This document shows positions 31,491 to 41,107 of a stretch of 64,000 nucleotides of DNA, piece after piece. The notes beneath the pieces are model-generated. The model was not told the DNA's origin and did no database searches. It saw only the letters and a program-made list of their open reading frames with translations. The position numbers and the translations under genes were made by a program. This stretch comes from Pseudomonadota bacterium (GTDB lineage: Bacteria > Pseudomonadota > Alphaproteobacteria > Paracaedibacterales > CAIOTO01), in assembly GCA_040387495.1 (NCBI GenBank), contig JAZKDQ010000001.1, positions 124,001-188,000 of the forward strand, in the 5' to 3' direction. Each line of letters starts with the position of its first letter. Position 1 is the stretch's first letter.

Positions 31491-33395
31491 TTACGTCCGG
31501 CCAAATAACTGTTCAATATCTTTCTGGTGCAGTGTCACATAAGTAGGTCTGCCGTGATTGCACTGACCGGAATTGGGTGTTGATTCAATTTGTCGCAGCA
31601 GGGCATTCATTTCAGCTATGGACAGACTTTGACCTGCGCGAATGCTGGTGTGACAGGCATGTGTTGACAAAAAATCTAACAATGCTTCATGGGATGTCAG
31701 TGTTGCATGCTCATCGCTTAAATCGGTTAATAAATCGCGGATCATAGGTTCTGGGTCGGCATGTTGCAATAGTGCTGGGATAGAACGAAAGGCTGCTTGA
31801 TTGCCAAATAATTCAAAATCAAAACCGAGTTGTATGAGTACATCCTTTTGTTGTTCGAGTGCTTCAGATTGACGTTCATCGATAGTAAGCACAAGGGGTA
31901 TCATAAGGAGTTGCCGTGCAGCTCCGCCAGTTAGATATTGTGTTTTAAGTTTTTCATACACAATGCGTTCATGTGCGGCATGTTGATCCACAATAATTAG
32001 GCCATTCGTTGTTTCAGAAATGATGTAGGTTTTTGCAATTTGTGCTTTTGCATTGCCTAAAGGGTAATCGTGCAGCAGGGCTGCGTTTGGCGCATCATCA
32101 AAAAAGGGCACATCGTCTGAATACATTGCGGGCGCATATGTTGGTCGTGTAGACGGTCCACTACTTAGTGATGAGCCTAAGGACGAAGCCATGAAAGGAT
32201 GTGTACTTTGTCGCATGTTTGGATAAGTATTTTGCGTTGAACTACGATAATCAGTTTGCGATGTAGGGCTGTGCATCTGTTCAGGTTGCCGTTGAAAGCG
32301 CATGAGTGCTTCACCACTTAAATGTGACGCTGTTTCACGACCATGGCGTTCTAATGTGGATTTCAACGTGCCAATCATAAGTGATCTCACGCCTTGCATA
32401 TCCCGAAAACGTACCTCTGTCTTTGAGGGGTGCACGTTGACGTCGACCTCGGCTGGATCAACCGTTACAAAGAGTGCGACTACAGGATGCCTGCCGCCTT
32501 CTAAATAATCTTGATATGCTGCTTTTAAGACACCAAACAAAAGTTTATCGCGTACAGGGCGTTGATTGACAAAGAAGAATTGCTCGGTCGCTTGGCTTTT
32601 GTGAAAAGTAGGTAGTGAAATGACGCCGCTAACGGATATGCCATCACGTTCCCCATCAGCTAAGCGTAAATTATCCAGAGTTTTTTGCCCTAACACATCA
32701 GCAAAACGTTCGCCCAGTGTTGCGCATGCCGTGTAATCAAATACGGTGCGTTCATCAGATCTAAATTTAAACGAAACAGTCGGGTAGGCGAGTGCTAATC
32801 GTTTGACGATATCAATACATGCTGAAAGTTCAGTTGTGTCTGATTTTAAAAATTTAAGGCGTGCAGGCGTCGCGTAAAATAAATCTTTAATCGTAATGCG
32901 CGTACCCTGGGTTGGAAATGAAACTGGCTTTGGCAAGCTAAGTACGCCGCCTTCAACACAGAGCTCCATAGCCATGGATTGCGTGCTATTTTTAGGGTGG
33001 CTTGTGATGGATAACCGGCTGACTGAACCGATAGAGGGCAGGGCTTCGCCACGAAAACCAAGCGTCATGATATTAAATAAATCGCCTGTGGGTAGTTTTG
33101 ATGTTGCATGGCGTTGAATGGCGATCATCATGTCAGCTTCCGTCATGCCGACGCCATCATCGATTACTTGGATAAGGCTTTTTCCGCCATCACGAACAAG
33201 AATATCAACTTGTGTAGCTTTTGCATCGATTGCGTTTTCAACGAGTTCTTTAAGTGCAGCAGCTGGGCGTTCTATGACTTCACCGGCAGCAATTTGATTG
33301 ATAAGTGTTGCGTCGAGTTGACGAATGATGGGGCGTGAAGATACCGCATCGTGTATTTCAAAGGTTGAAGTGAGTAGAGACGATGTTACAGACAT
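31491..33395 (-). CDS. mutL: DNA mismatch repair protein MutL (endonuclease type)
   Basis: NQIAAGEVIERP, GFRGEAL, DVNVHPSK, DQHAAHERI..E, CNHGRP; start uncertain (33395 or further upstream). Confidence 0.98.
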   Translation of the reverse strand: MSVTSSLLTSTFEIHDAVSSRPIIRQLDATLINQIAAGEVIERPAAALKELVENAIDAKATQVDILVRDGGKSLIQVIDDGVGMTEADMMIAIQRHATSKLPTGDLFNIMTLGFRGEALPSIGSVSRLSITSHPKNSTQSMAMELCVEGGVLSLPKPVSFPTQGTRITIKDLFYATPARLKFLKSDTTELSACIDIVKRLALAYPTVSFKFRSDERTVFDYTACATLGERFADVLGQKTLDNLRLADGERDGISVSGVISLPTFHKSQATEQFFFVNQRPVRDKLLFGVLKAAYQDYLEGGRHPVVALFVTVDPAEVDVNVHPSKTEVRFRDMQGVRSLMIGTLKSTLERHGRETASHLSGEALMRFQRQPEQMHSPTSQTDYRSSTQNTYPNMRQSTHPFMASSLGSSLSSGPSTRPTYAPAMYSDDVPFFDDAPNAALLHDYPLGNAKAQIAKTYIISETTNGLIIVDQHAAHERIVYEKLKTQYLTGGAARQLLMIPLVLTIDERQSEALEQQKDVLIQLGFDFELFGNQAAFRSIPALLQHADPEPMIRDLLTDLSDEHATLTSHEALLDFLSTHACHTSIRAGQSLSIAEMNALLRQIESTPNSGQCNHGRPTYVTLHQKDIEQLFGRT

Positions 33396-33754
33396 GATAT
33401 GTTTTTTTTTGTTAATGGCCATTACTATCTTTGTACACCATTTAGTATCGTTCATCGAGAGTATAGTGAAAAAAGAGATGCATATTTTGAGCCGCCTTAA
33501 ATGTGTCTTATTAATCTAGGTTAAATGTAAAACACTCATTTTGTTTGCTAATATTTGTTGTAAAATTTCATATTTTTGTTTAAGAGTGTATCAAATCAGT
33601 ATAAAACTTATTTCTCAGAGCATTAAAAATACATTTGCTGATAAAAATATTTTAATGTACACTTATTATTGTACTTGTAATTACTATTAAAAAGTCATAT
33701 AAGGACAGTTCCATTTAATAAAAAAGCATTAATTTTACGCATTAAAGAGATTGT

Positions 33755-34981
33755 ATGAATTATTTATGGGTTAGATGTGCGCGAAACATAGTATTGATGG
33801 CATTGTTGTTTTGCTTGCAGAACAAAGATAATTGTTTTGCAATGAATTCTGATATGAATAGTGAAGGCTTCCAGAAAAGCTTTTTAAACTACATGAAAAA
33901 AGCCCCTCAATTAGCAGCTACTGTTGATGAGAGTTTTTGTCTTCCTGCATCTTGCTACTCTTTCAAATGGAAGCGGATTCCAGCTTGGACTTTTAAATGG
34001 CCTTCAACGTGGACTTTTGGCTGTAAAATTCTTGCAGAACCTAATGTTGGTGTGCAAGATGAAGGTGCTGCAATAATGGATTTATCATTGAAAAGAAGTA
34101 AACCTAAAAGTGAAGAATGGCAAGCTAATGCTGCTATTGATGATGATTATGATGATAGTGTCACTGAACGTGACAGTACAGTTTTTAGACCACATTTAGC
34201 TTCTTGGGAAAAACCAATGACTCCGATAGAAGTGGATGATAAAGTAGTTTATCGTAAGCCGCTAGAAAAAATAGAAAGCTCTTCAGAACAAGCAAGCATT
34301 GATCCTCTTGATGCCTGTGAAAAAAGGACGGTTATTAATGAGAAAAGAGTGGTCCATCTTCTTTTTGTAGAAGATTCCATAACAATTCAAAAAATGTTCA
34401 ATCTATGGGTGAAAAATATTAATCAGGATTCATCGAGTGAATATACTATAGAAGCTGTTGTTTGTACCTGGGGATATGAGGCTCTTGAACGCTATAACGA
34501 TATGGTTCGTGAAGGTAAGCAACCTAAACTCATCTTAACTGATATTAATCTGGAAAACTTCTATCTAAAGAAAAACAGATGCATGTGTCGCAAAGGGGTT
34601 GTCACGCCAACTGGGTTTAAAAAGGCTGGGATTGAATTCGTGAAAGCGATCCGTGCTCAAAAACGTAAGAGTACTACGTTTGAACGTATTATGACATGGA
34701 AAACAGAAAAGTATACTTCTTTATATGCAGATGAAAAGTTAAGTAGCTCTGGTGATAAATATAATTATGTTGGAAGACAAAATAAAAATTATAGCATTTT
34801 CCCTTATACAGGTCCCATCATTGCATTAACGAGTACTCCAGATGATGTAAAGGATGGCGATAAAGAATTGTTTGCTACTAAAAAAATCGAACTAGGAGCA
34901 GAAATAAGTAAAACTCTTGTAGTTAGAGAAAAATTAAAGAATAAATTTGATCTCATAGAAATTATATCATTATGCATGTAA
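33755..34981 (+). CDS. Hypothetical protein with signal-like N-terminus and degenerate C-terminal receiver domain
   Basis: HLLFVEDS, GYEALE, KLILTDINL, GIEFVKAIR, PIIALTS occur in receiver order. Confidence 0.7.
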   Translation: MNYLWVRCARNIVLMALLFCLQNKDNCFAMNSDMNSEGFQKSFLNYMKKAPQLAATVDESFCLPASCYSFKWKRIPAWTFKWPSTWTFGCKILAEPNVGVQDEGAAIMDLSLKRSKPKSEEWQANAAIDDDYDDSVTERDSTVFRPHLASWEKPMTPIEVDDKVVYRKPLEKIESSSEQASIDPLDACEKRTVINEKRVVHLLFVEDSITIQKMFNLWVKNINQDSSSEYTIEAVVCTWGYEALERYNDMVREGKQPKLILTDINLENFYLKKNRCMCRKGVVTPTGFKKAGIEFVKAIRAQKRKSTTFERIMTWKTEKYTSLYADEKLSSSGDKYNYVGRQNKNYSIFPYTGPIIALTSTPDDVKDGDKELFATKKIELGAEISKTLVVREKLKNKFDLIEIISLCM

Positions 34982-35015
34982 TTATAAATAATTAATTGAG
35001 AGCAGCTGACCTTTT

Positions 35016-37460
35016 TTATTGAGGCTTCTCCTGTGGTTTTTTTACATTAGTTTTCCATGCACTTGTTGGTTTTGCATTGGTTCTTCTAATTGCTTTTTTC
35101 GGAACTTTTTTTTCTGCTTGATCTGGAGCAGCACTTGTTTTTTCAGATTTATGTGTTTCAGACTTAGCCTTCTTATATATAGCTTCTTCAGATCGTGTTC
35201 TTGTTAGTTTGTCTTTTTCTAGCCTGTTTTTTTCTAATCTAGCTTTATCTGGCCACATTTTTGGTTTAGGCTTTTTTGCACCCTGAATGTTGATTGTATT
35301 CTCTTTTAATTCAGGTTCTTTGACATTATGTTCCGAAGTGTCGCGTCTTGTAAATTCTGACTTACCAGAAGTGTCCCGTTTCTTGAACCCTGACTTAGTT
35401 GCACCTGGCTTACGTGTACTAGGTTTTTCAGTGCTTCGCTTATCTGCTGCAGGCTTTTTAGCACTCCATTCTCTTTTAGTCTTACCATTATCTGATTCTG
35501 GCAATGAAAACATGGTTGCGCTTGTGCGTGCATCAGCTGCATCTAATACCACTGTCAGCGTATCTCCTAATTGAAAAACGCGCTTAGTACGGCTGCCATA
35601 GTACCTATGGTTTTCCTCATCATGCACAAAATAGTCACCAGGCATACGTGATTTATGCAAAAACCCTTGCGCGCCACTACCTTCAAGTGCAAAGAAAATT
35701 CCAGCACCCGTCACACCAACAATTGTTGCTGAAAATGTGTGACCAACATAATCTTCAAGATGCAACACAAGATAACGATCCATTACCTCGCGTTCCATTT
35801 GTGCCGCTGTACGTTCGGTTTGAGAAATATGCTCACCAATCAATTTAAGTGCCGTAACAGGGAGGATATCTTGTCCACCTTCACCCAAATTAAAAGCTGC
35901 AATCAGTGCACGGTGCACTTGTAAGTCGGCATAGCGACGAATGGGGGATGTAAAATGTGCATAATGAGAAAGCCCCAAGCCAAAATGCCCAAGGTTATCC
36001 GGTGAGTAAATGGCTTGCGCTTGTGATCGCAGTACCAAGTCATGCACAAGACGTTTAAACGGAGTTTCTTGTTCAAGGATAGCATTAAAACCTTGCGGGG
36101 TCATCTTCGGCAGTTTAGGAACTTTAATACGCATTGTCTGAATGACACGTTTTAAATTATCCACGCGCGTTGCGTCGGGTTGATCGTGAACGCGGTACAA
36201 GCATGGCCACGTTTTGCCACTCAGTGCTTTTGCAGCTGATACGTTTGCTGCGATCATGAATTCTTCGATTAACTGATTGCTGGCCTGTTGAACACGCGGG
36301 ATAATTGCTTTGATTTTTCCAGCATCATCGAAAACGACTTTACGCTCAACGCTTTCAAGATTCAGTGAACCACGTTGATCACGTGCCATGCGCAAGCTTT
36401 TGTAGCAACCATAGACGGGTGCTAAAACAGAATCCCACAATGCTTTTGGAATCGTATCAAAAACACCATCAATTGCTTGTTGTACATTAGTATAGGTAAG
36501 TCGTGCCACGGATCGCATAAGACCACGTTTAAACTTATAAGACTTCAGATTACCCGTTGAACTGATGGTCATTTCAACCGCAACACAGGCGCGATCTTCG
36601 TTAGGTTTTAACGAACACATCTCGTTCGATAAACCCTCAGGTAACATCGGTACAACGCGATCCGCAAAATAAATAGAATTTCCTCGTTCATACGCTTCAC
36701 AATCAAGTGCATCGCCAGGGCGAACATAATATGCAACGTCAGCGATAGCAACAATAGCGCGCCAGCCACCTTTGTTTTTAGGGTCTTCATCAGGTGCAGC
36801 CCATACAGCATCGTCAAAATCACGTGCATCTTCGCCATCAATGGTAATAAGGGGAATTGATCGATAGTCTGTGCGATTTCCAAGGGGAGGGAGCATTGCG
36901 TGTTTTGCCTGATCAACGGCAGCTTTTGAAAATTCAAAGGGTACATCGTGGTTTTGAATTGCCATTAAGCTAAAGACTTTTGGTTCCGATAAATTGCCAA
37001 TAATGTTTTCGATGACGAGTTGCCCATTATCGCGTTTGAAATACACAACATCATTATTAATAAGCGTTATTCCGAGGGTTTCTTCTGCAGCTGAAACAAC
37101 AGCAATCGGACAACGAATAGGTGGGAATGCATCACGTCGATGTGATGATTCGATCCAGCGTCCGTCATGATTAATATGATAAATACCAATAGATGGTTTG
37201 TTATCCCTGAGACGACCTGAACGAGTATGCGTTGGTTTTAGTTCTTTGTGGGGTGTGGGCTTTGCTGACTCTGCAGTAACTGTTTCTACATAACCCGTAT
37301 TTTTGCCATAAAGACCATCACGTTTTAAATCTGCCAATAAGTGCTTGAGCTCAATACGACGTGCACCTTTGATATTGAGCAGTAGACACAATTCACGTTT
37401 TGTTATAAATCGTTGCTCTTTTTCAATGAGCTCTAAAATTTCGATACGTAATGATGACAT
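35016..37460 (-). CDS. rnr: Ribonuclease R with long basic C-terminal tail
   Basis: ITIDGEDARDFDDAV, IEEFMIAAN, HFTSPIRRYADL, S1 domain. Confidence 0.96.
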   Translation of the reverse strand: MSSLRIEILELIEKEQRFITKRELCLLLNIKGARRIELKHLLADLKRDGLYGKNTGYVETVTAESAKPTPHKELKPTHTRSGRLRDNKPSIGIYHINHDGRWIESSHRRDAFPPIRCPIAVVSAAEETLGITLINNDVVYFKRDNGQLVIENIIGNLSEPKVFSLMAIQNHDVPFEFSKAAVDQAKHAMLPPLGNRTDYRSIPLITIDGEDARDFDDAVWAAPDEDPKNKGGWRAIVAIADVAYYVRPGDALDCEAYERGNSIYFADRVVPMLPEGLSNEMCSLKPNEDRACVAVEMTISSTGNLKSYKFKRGLMRSVARLTYTNVQQAIDGVFDTIPKALWDSVLAPVYGCYKSLRMARDQRGSLNLESVERKVVFDDAGKIKAIIPRVQQASNQLIEEFMIAANVSAAKALSGKTWPCLYRVHDQPDATRVDNLKRVIQTMRIKVPKLPKMTPQGFNAILEQETPFKRLVHDLVLRSQAQAIYSPDNLGHFGLGLSHYAHFTSPIRRYADLQVHRALIAAFNLGEGGQDILPVTALKLIGEHISQTERTAAQMEREVMDRYLVLHLEDYVGHTFSATIVGVTGAGIFFALEGSGAQGFLHKSRMPGDYFVHDEENHRYYGSRTKRVFQLGDTLTVVLDAADARTSATMFSLPESDNGKTKREWSAKKPAADKRSTEKPSTRKPGATKSGFKKRDTSGKSEFTRRDTSEHNVKEPELKENTINIQGAKKPKPKMWPDKARLEKNRLEKDKLTRTRSEEAIYKKAKSETHKSEKTSAAPDQAEKKVPKKAIRRTNAKPTSAWKTNVKKPQEKPQ

Positions 37461-37565
37461 AGAGCAACCCCTTATTTGTTAATCGCAGTTTACCACAAAT
37501 ACACTTCATATCGCATCAAAAACTGTGTTATAAAAAAACAGACAAAATTGGAGTGATTTTATTTT

Positions 37566-38219
37566 ATGGATTTTTTTCTTGATACAGCAGACGTTAACGA
37601 AGTCAAAGAACTTGTTGATACGGGGCTTATAAACGGTATTACAACGAACCCAACCTTGATAGCAAAATCAGGTCGTGCATGGAAAGATGTAATCTTAGAA
37701 ATGTGTGAATTGATTGATGGGCCAGTAAGCGCTGAGGTTGCAGCACTCGACTATGAAACAATGCTCATTGAGGGTAAAAAACTTGCTGATTTGCACGAGC
37801 GAATTGCGGTAAAAGTTCCACTCACACCAGCTGGACTTCGTGTATGCAAAGAATTGTCAGACGATGGCATTATGGTGAATGTGACGTTGTGTTTTTCACC
37901 ATTGCAAGCGTTGTTGGCAGCTAAAGCGGGCGCAACGTTTATATCACCGTTTGTTGGTCGTATGGATGACATTGGGCACGATGGTATGGATTTGATCACG
38001 GATATTCGTGAAATTTATGAGAACTACGTCGATCTTGAAACATGCATTCTAGCAGCGTCAATTCGTCACCCCTTGCATGTATTGCAAGCAGCTAAAGCAG
38101 GTGCAGATATTGCTACAATTCCACCAAAGGTATTGCATCAGTTGTATCATCACCCGATGACAGACCGTGGCATTGATGCGTTTGTGAAAGATTGGGCATC
38201 GACAGGGCAGACGATATAG
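37566..38219 (+). CDS. fsa: Transaldolase / fructose-6-phosphate aldolase family (TalC type)
   Basis: FFLDTA, GITTNPTL, VKVP (Schiff-base Lys), NVTLCFS, ISPFVGR, AASIR. Confidence 0.95.
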   Translation: MDFFLDTADVNEVKELVDTGLINGITTNPTLIAKSGRAWKDVILEMCELIDGPVSAEVAALDYETMLIEGKKLADLHERIAVKVPLTPAGLRVCKELSDDGIMVNVTLCFSPLQALLAAKAGATFISPFVGRMDDIGHDGMDLITDIREIYENYVDLETCILAASIRHPLHVLQAAKAGADIATIPPKVLHQLYHHPMTDRGIDAFVKDWASTGQTI

Positions 38220-38224
38220 ACTGT

Positions 38225-38267
38225 TTAATTAGAGCATCCTAAGGAAGAGTTAGGATGCTCTAATTAA
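38225..38267. terminator. Perfect 18-bp hairpin, probable bidirectional terminator
   Basis: TTAATTAGAGCATCCTAA-ggaagag-TTAGGATGCTCTAATTAA between two convergent stops. Confidence 0.75.
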
Positions 38268-38432
38268 TTATTTACGTTCTAAATTATTTTTTGGATGTGC
38301 GATTCTTTGCATATTGGTGTCACATTCATGTAAAGATTTGCTTTCTTTTATTTTCTTATTATTTTCGTCATATATCATAGACACGTTATTTTTAGCATCT
38401 ATTTCTTTTGATAATTTATCAAATAAACTCAT
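38268..38432 (-). CDS. Small protein (54 aa), not in ORF track
   Basis: AGGAG RBS 7 nt before ATG; MSLFDKLSKEIDAKNNV...NNLERK; stop abuts the terminator hairpin. Confidence 0.55.
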   Translation of the reverse strand: MSLFDKLSKEIDAKNNVSMIYDENNKKIKESKSLHECDTNMQRIAHPKNNLERK

Positions 38433-38547
38433 ATTTGAGCTCCTATAATTATAAAAACAAGTTAATTGCTGTCTTTATATTAAAAATATCATGGTATGAG
38501 AGCTCTTGTGAAGGAATTGGGCTGATTTATTTTTTTGTGAGGTTTAT

Positions 38548-38835
38548 CTAACCCTCATCCGTCAATTTTTTGCGCAATGTATTACGATTAATTCCCAAAA
38601 TCTCGGAGGCCTTTTTTTGATTGCCATCAGTTAGGGCTAGCGTTTCTTTCAATAAAACTTTTTCAACTTCGCCCATCACCAGTGCATATAATTGGCCAAC
38701 GGGTAGGTGATCTTTGTGTTCTTCCAAATAAGCGGCAAGATAACGACTAACGACCGTATTAAGGCATTCTACAGCAATTTTTGGTGTGGGTTCCCCTAAC
38801 CTAATGCATGTTTTTTCAACGGAAACATCAGTCAT
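38548..38835 (-). CDS. fis: Fis-like HTH DNA-binding protein
   Basis: LYALVMGEVEK.LL...L..T.GNQKKASEILGINRNTLRKKL; about 95 aa from ATG at 38835 (alternative start 38877). Confidence 0.85.
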   Translation of the reverse strand: MTDVSVEKTCIRLGEPTPKIAVECLNTVVSRYLAAYLEEHKDHLPVGQLYALVMGEVEKVLLKETLALTDGNQKKASEILGINRNTLRKKLTDEG

Positions 38836-38895
38836 TGATAATGCCCGTGTTATAAAAGAGCCCTGTAGGCACAGCATCAGGTTTAGTAGTAATCA

Positions 38896-39867
38896 TTAAC
38901 ATAAGGATCCGTAAAATTGTCGAATTTCGTTTTTAAGTGCATGCACGGTTTCTGCTTGGTTGACGCGCACCCGAAAATCGGCGGAGTTCTCAAGACCTTT
39001 ACTATACCACCCAATATGTTTACGGGCAATCTTTGCGCCGGCATCTTCGCCATAATGTACCAACATATCTTCGAGGTGTTGTTCTAAAATGGAGTATTGC
39101 GTTTTGATATCAGGGTCGGGTAGGCGCTCACCCGTTTTTAAGAAGTGTCCAACTTGGTTGATAAACCAGGGGCGGCCATAGGCGCCTCTGCCAATCATAA
39201 CACCATCAGCACCGCTTTGTTCAAGCAATGTAAATGCGTCCTGCTCCGTCACAACGTCGCCGTTACCAATGACGGGAATCTTTACAGCGTCTTTTACGTT
39301 ACGAATAAAAGGCCAATCAGCACGCCCATTATAGAGTTGGCAGCGTGTGCGTCCATGAATGGTGATCATTTGAATGCCCGCGTCTTCTGCACGCTTAGCC
39401 ATAACAGGTGCGTTTCGATTCGCATCATTCCAGCCAGTACGCATTTTTAATGTCACGGGAATTTTAACTGCATTTACGACTGCATCCATAATACGGCCAG
39501 CAAGATCTTCATCGCGCATCAGCGCTGACCCTGCATATGTGTTTACTATTTTTTTAACAGGGCAGCCCATGTTGATATCGATAATGTGCGCGCCCATATC
39601 TTCGTTGAGTTTTGCGGCTTCAGCCATAACTTCAGGGTCGCATCCTGCAATTTGTACAACGGCTGGTAGTTCTTCGGGTGATTTTTCAATCATCTTCATT
39701 GTTTGGCGTGTGTGACGAATCATTGCTTGGCTCGCGATCATTTCGGATATAACAAGGCCGGCACCCATACGCTTAACGAGACGCCTAAATGGCATATCAG
39801 TCACTCCCGACATCGGTGCCAGGATGACAGGCATATCCAATTCAATGTCGCGAATTTTAAGAGCCAT
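38896..39867 (-). CDS. dusB: tRNA dihydrouridine synthase B (NifR3)
   Basis: [44 protein letters not shown]; start at MALKIRD overlapping the prfA stop. Confidence 0.96.
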   Translation of the reverse strand: MALKIRDIELDMPVILAPMSGVTDMPFRRLVKRMGAGLVISEMIASQAMIRHTRQTMKMIEKSPEELPAVVQIAGCDPEVMAEAAKLNEDMGAHIIDINMGCPVKKIVNTYAGSALMRDEDLAGRIMDAVVNAVKIPVTLKMRTGWNDANRNAPVMAKRAEDAGIQMITIHGRTRCQLYNGRADWPFIRNVKDAVKIPVIGNGDVVTEQDAFTLLEQSGADGVMIGRGAYGRPWFINQVGHFLKTGERLPDPDIKTQYSILEQHLEDMLVHYGEDAGAKIARKHIGWYSKGLENSADFRVRVNQAETVHALKNEIRQFYGSLC

Positions 39868-40945
39868 AGCTTTCCTCAGCTGATAATTTTGCTGCTTGGT
39901 CTTCGGTGATGAGCGCATCGATCATTTCGTCGAGTGCTTCACCTTCCATAATTTGTGCAATTTTGTACAACGTTAAGTTAATACGATGATCACTGACGCG
40001 TCCTTGTGGGTAATTATAGGTACGGATACGTTCTGATCGATCGCCTGATCCTACCTGACTTTTACGGTCTGCAGAACGTTCCGATTCAAGGCGACGACGT
40101 TCTTCTTCGTATAATCTTGCGCGTAAAATTTTCATCGCTTTTGCTTTGTTTTTGTGTTGCGAGCGCTCATCTTGTTGGCATACGACAACACCTGAAGGAA
40201 CGTGTGTAATACGTACTGCGCTATCCGTTGTGTTAACGTGCTGGCCGCCTGCACCAGATGCACGGTACACATCAATAACCAAATCTTTTTCATCGATTTG
40301 GATATCGACTTCTTCAGCTTCGGGGAGAACAGCAACTGTTGCTGCGGATGTATGAATGCGCCCACTTGATTCTGTCTCGGGGACGCGTTGTACGCGGTGA
40401 ACACCTGATTCGAATTTTAGACGTGCATAAACACCTTTACCTGTGATTGAGGCTGAGCCTTCTTTCATGCCACCAATGCCGGTATCAGCTGCATCAAGCA
40501 CTTCAAATTTCCAGCCTTTTATGGCAGCATAACGTTGATACATACGGAATAAATTTGCAGCAAACAGGCCTGCTTCTTCACCACCTGTGCCCGCGCGGAT
40601 TTCAAGAATAACGTTACGATCGTCGTTCTCATCTTTTGGAAGCAAAAGTAATTTAACCTTTTGTTCGATCTCAGGCATGCCATTTTTTATGCTATAAATT
40701 TCTTCTTGCGCCATGTCTTTCATGTCGGCATCAATGCTTGAATCTTTGATTAATGCTTCTAATTCGACAAGCTCTTTTTGTTTTGTACGAAAAGCAAGAA
40801 TGGCCTCTGCAACATCAGTCATATCAGAATATTCTTTTGATAATTTTGCAAAGTCAGCTGGGTCAGACAGAGTATGCGTCGAGAGAGTATCGCGCAAAGA
40901 ATCAAAATGTTCTAACAAACGATCAAGTTTACGTGTAAATGACAT
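39857..40945 (-). CDS. prfA: Peptide chain release factor 1
   Basis: [16 protein letters not shown] (PxT), [19 protein letters not shown]. Confidence 0.98.
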   Translation of the reverse strand: MSFTRKLDRLLEHFDSLRDTLSTHTLSDPADFAKLSKEYSDMTDVAEAILAFRTKQKELVELEALIKDSSIDADMKDMAQEEIYSIKNGMPEIEQKVKLLLLPKDENDDRNVILEIRAGTGGEEAGLFAANLFRMYQRYAAIKGWKFEVLDAADTGIGGMKEGSASITGKGVYARLKFESGVHRVQRVPETESSGRIHTSAATVAVLPEAEEVDIQIDEKDLVIDVYRASGAGGQHVNTTDSAVRITHVPSGVVVCQQDERSQHKNKAKAMKILRARLYEEERRRLESERSADRKSQVGSGDRSERIRTYNYPQGRVSDHRINLTLYKIAQIMEGEALDEMIDALITEDQAAKLSAEESYGS

Positions 40946-41063
40946 TGTTTTTCCGTATTTTTATAATAAATAATGATGTATGGAATGTATATTCTTTAGA
41001 TATATACCATGCTTTGAATGGAAATGGCTACGAGAAATGTAAGGAAAAGAAATGATATTAATT

Positions 41064-41103
41064 AAAAGAAGGTGATGCATACCGAGCTCCACCACCTTCT
41101 TTT
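41064..41103 (-). terminator. Putative terminator after gyrA
   Basis: AAAAGAAGGTG...CACCTTCTTTT inverted repeat just past the gyrA stop. Confidence 0.55.
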
Positions 41104-41107
41104 ATAT

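Noticed and set aside
30291..31666. Diversity-generating retroelement (template/variable repeat pair) as the source of the mutL repeat
   Set aside because: Mismatches are not confined to adenines, are mostly synonymous and avoid the core; no reverse transcriptase is in the window.
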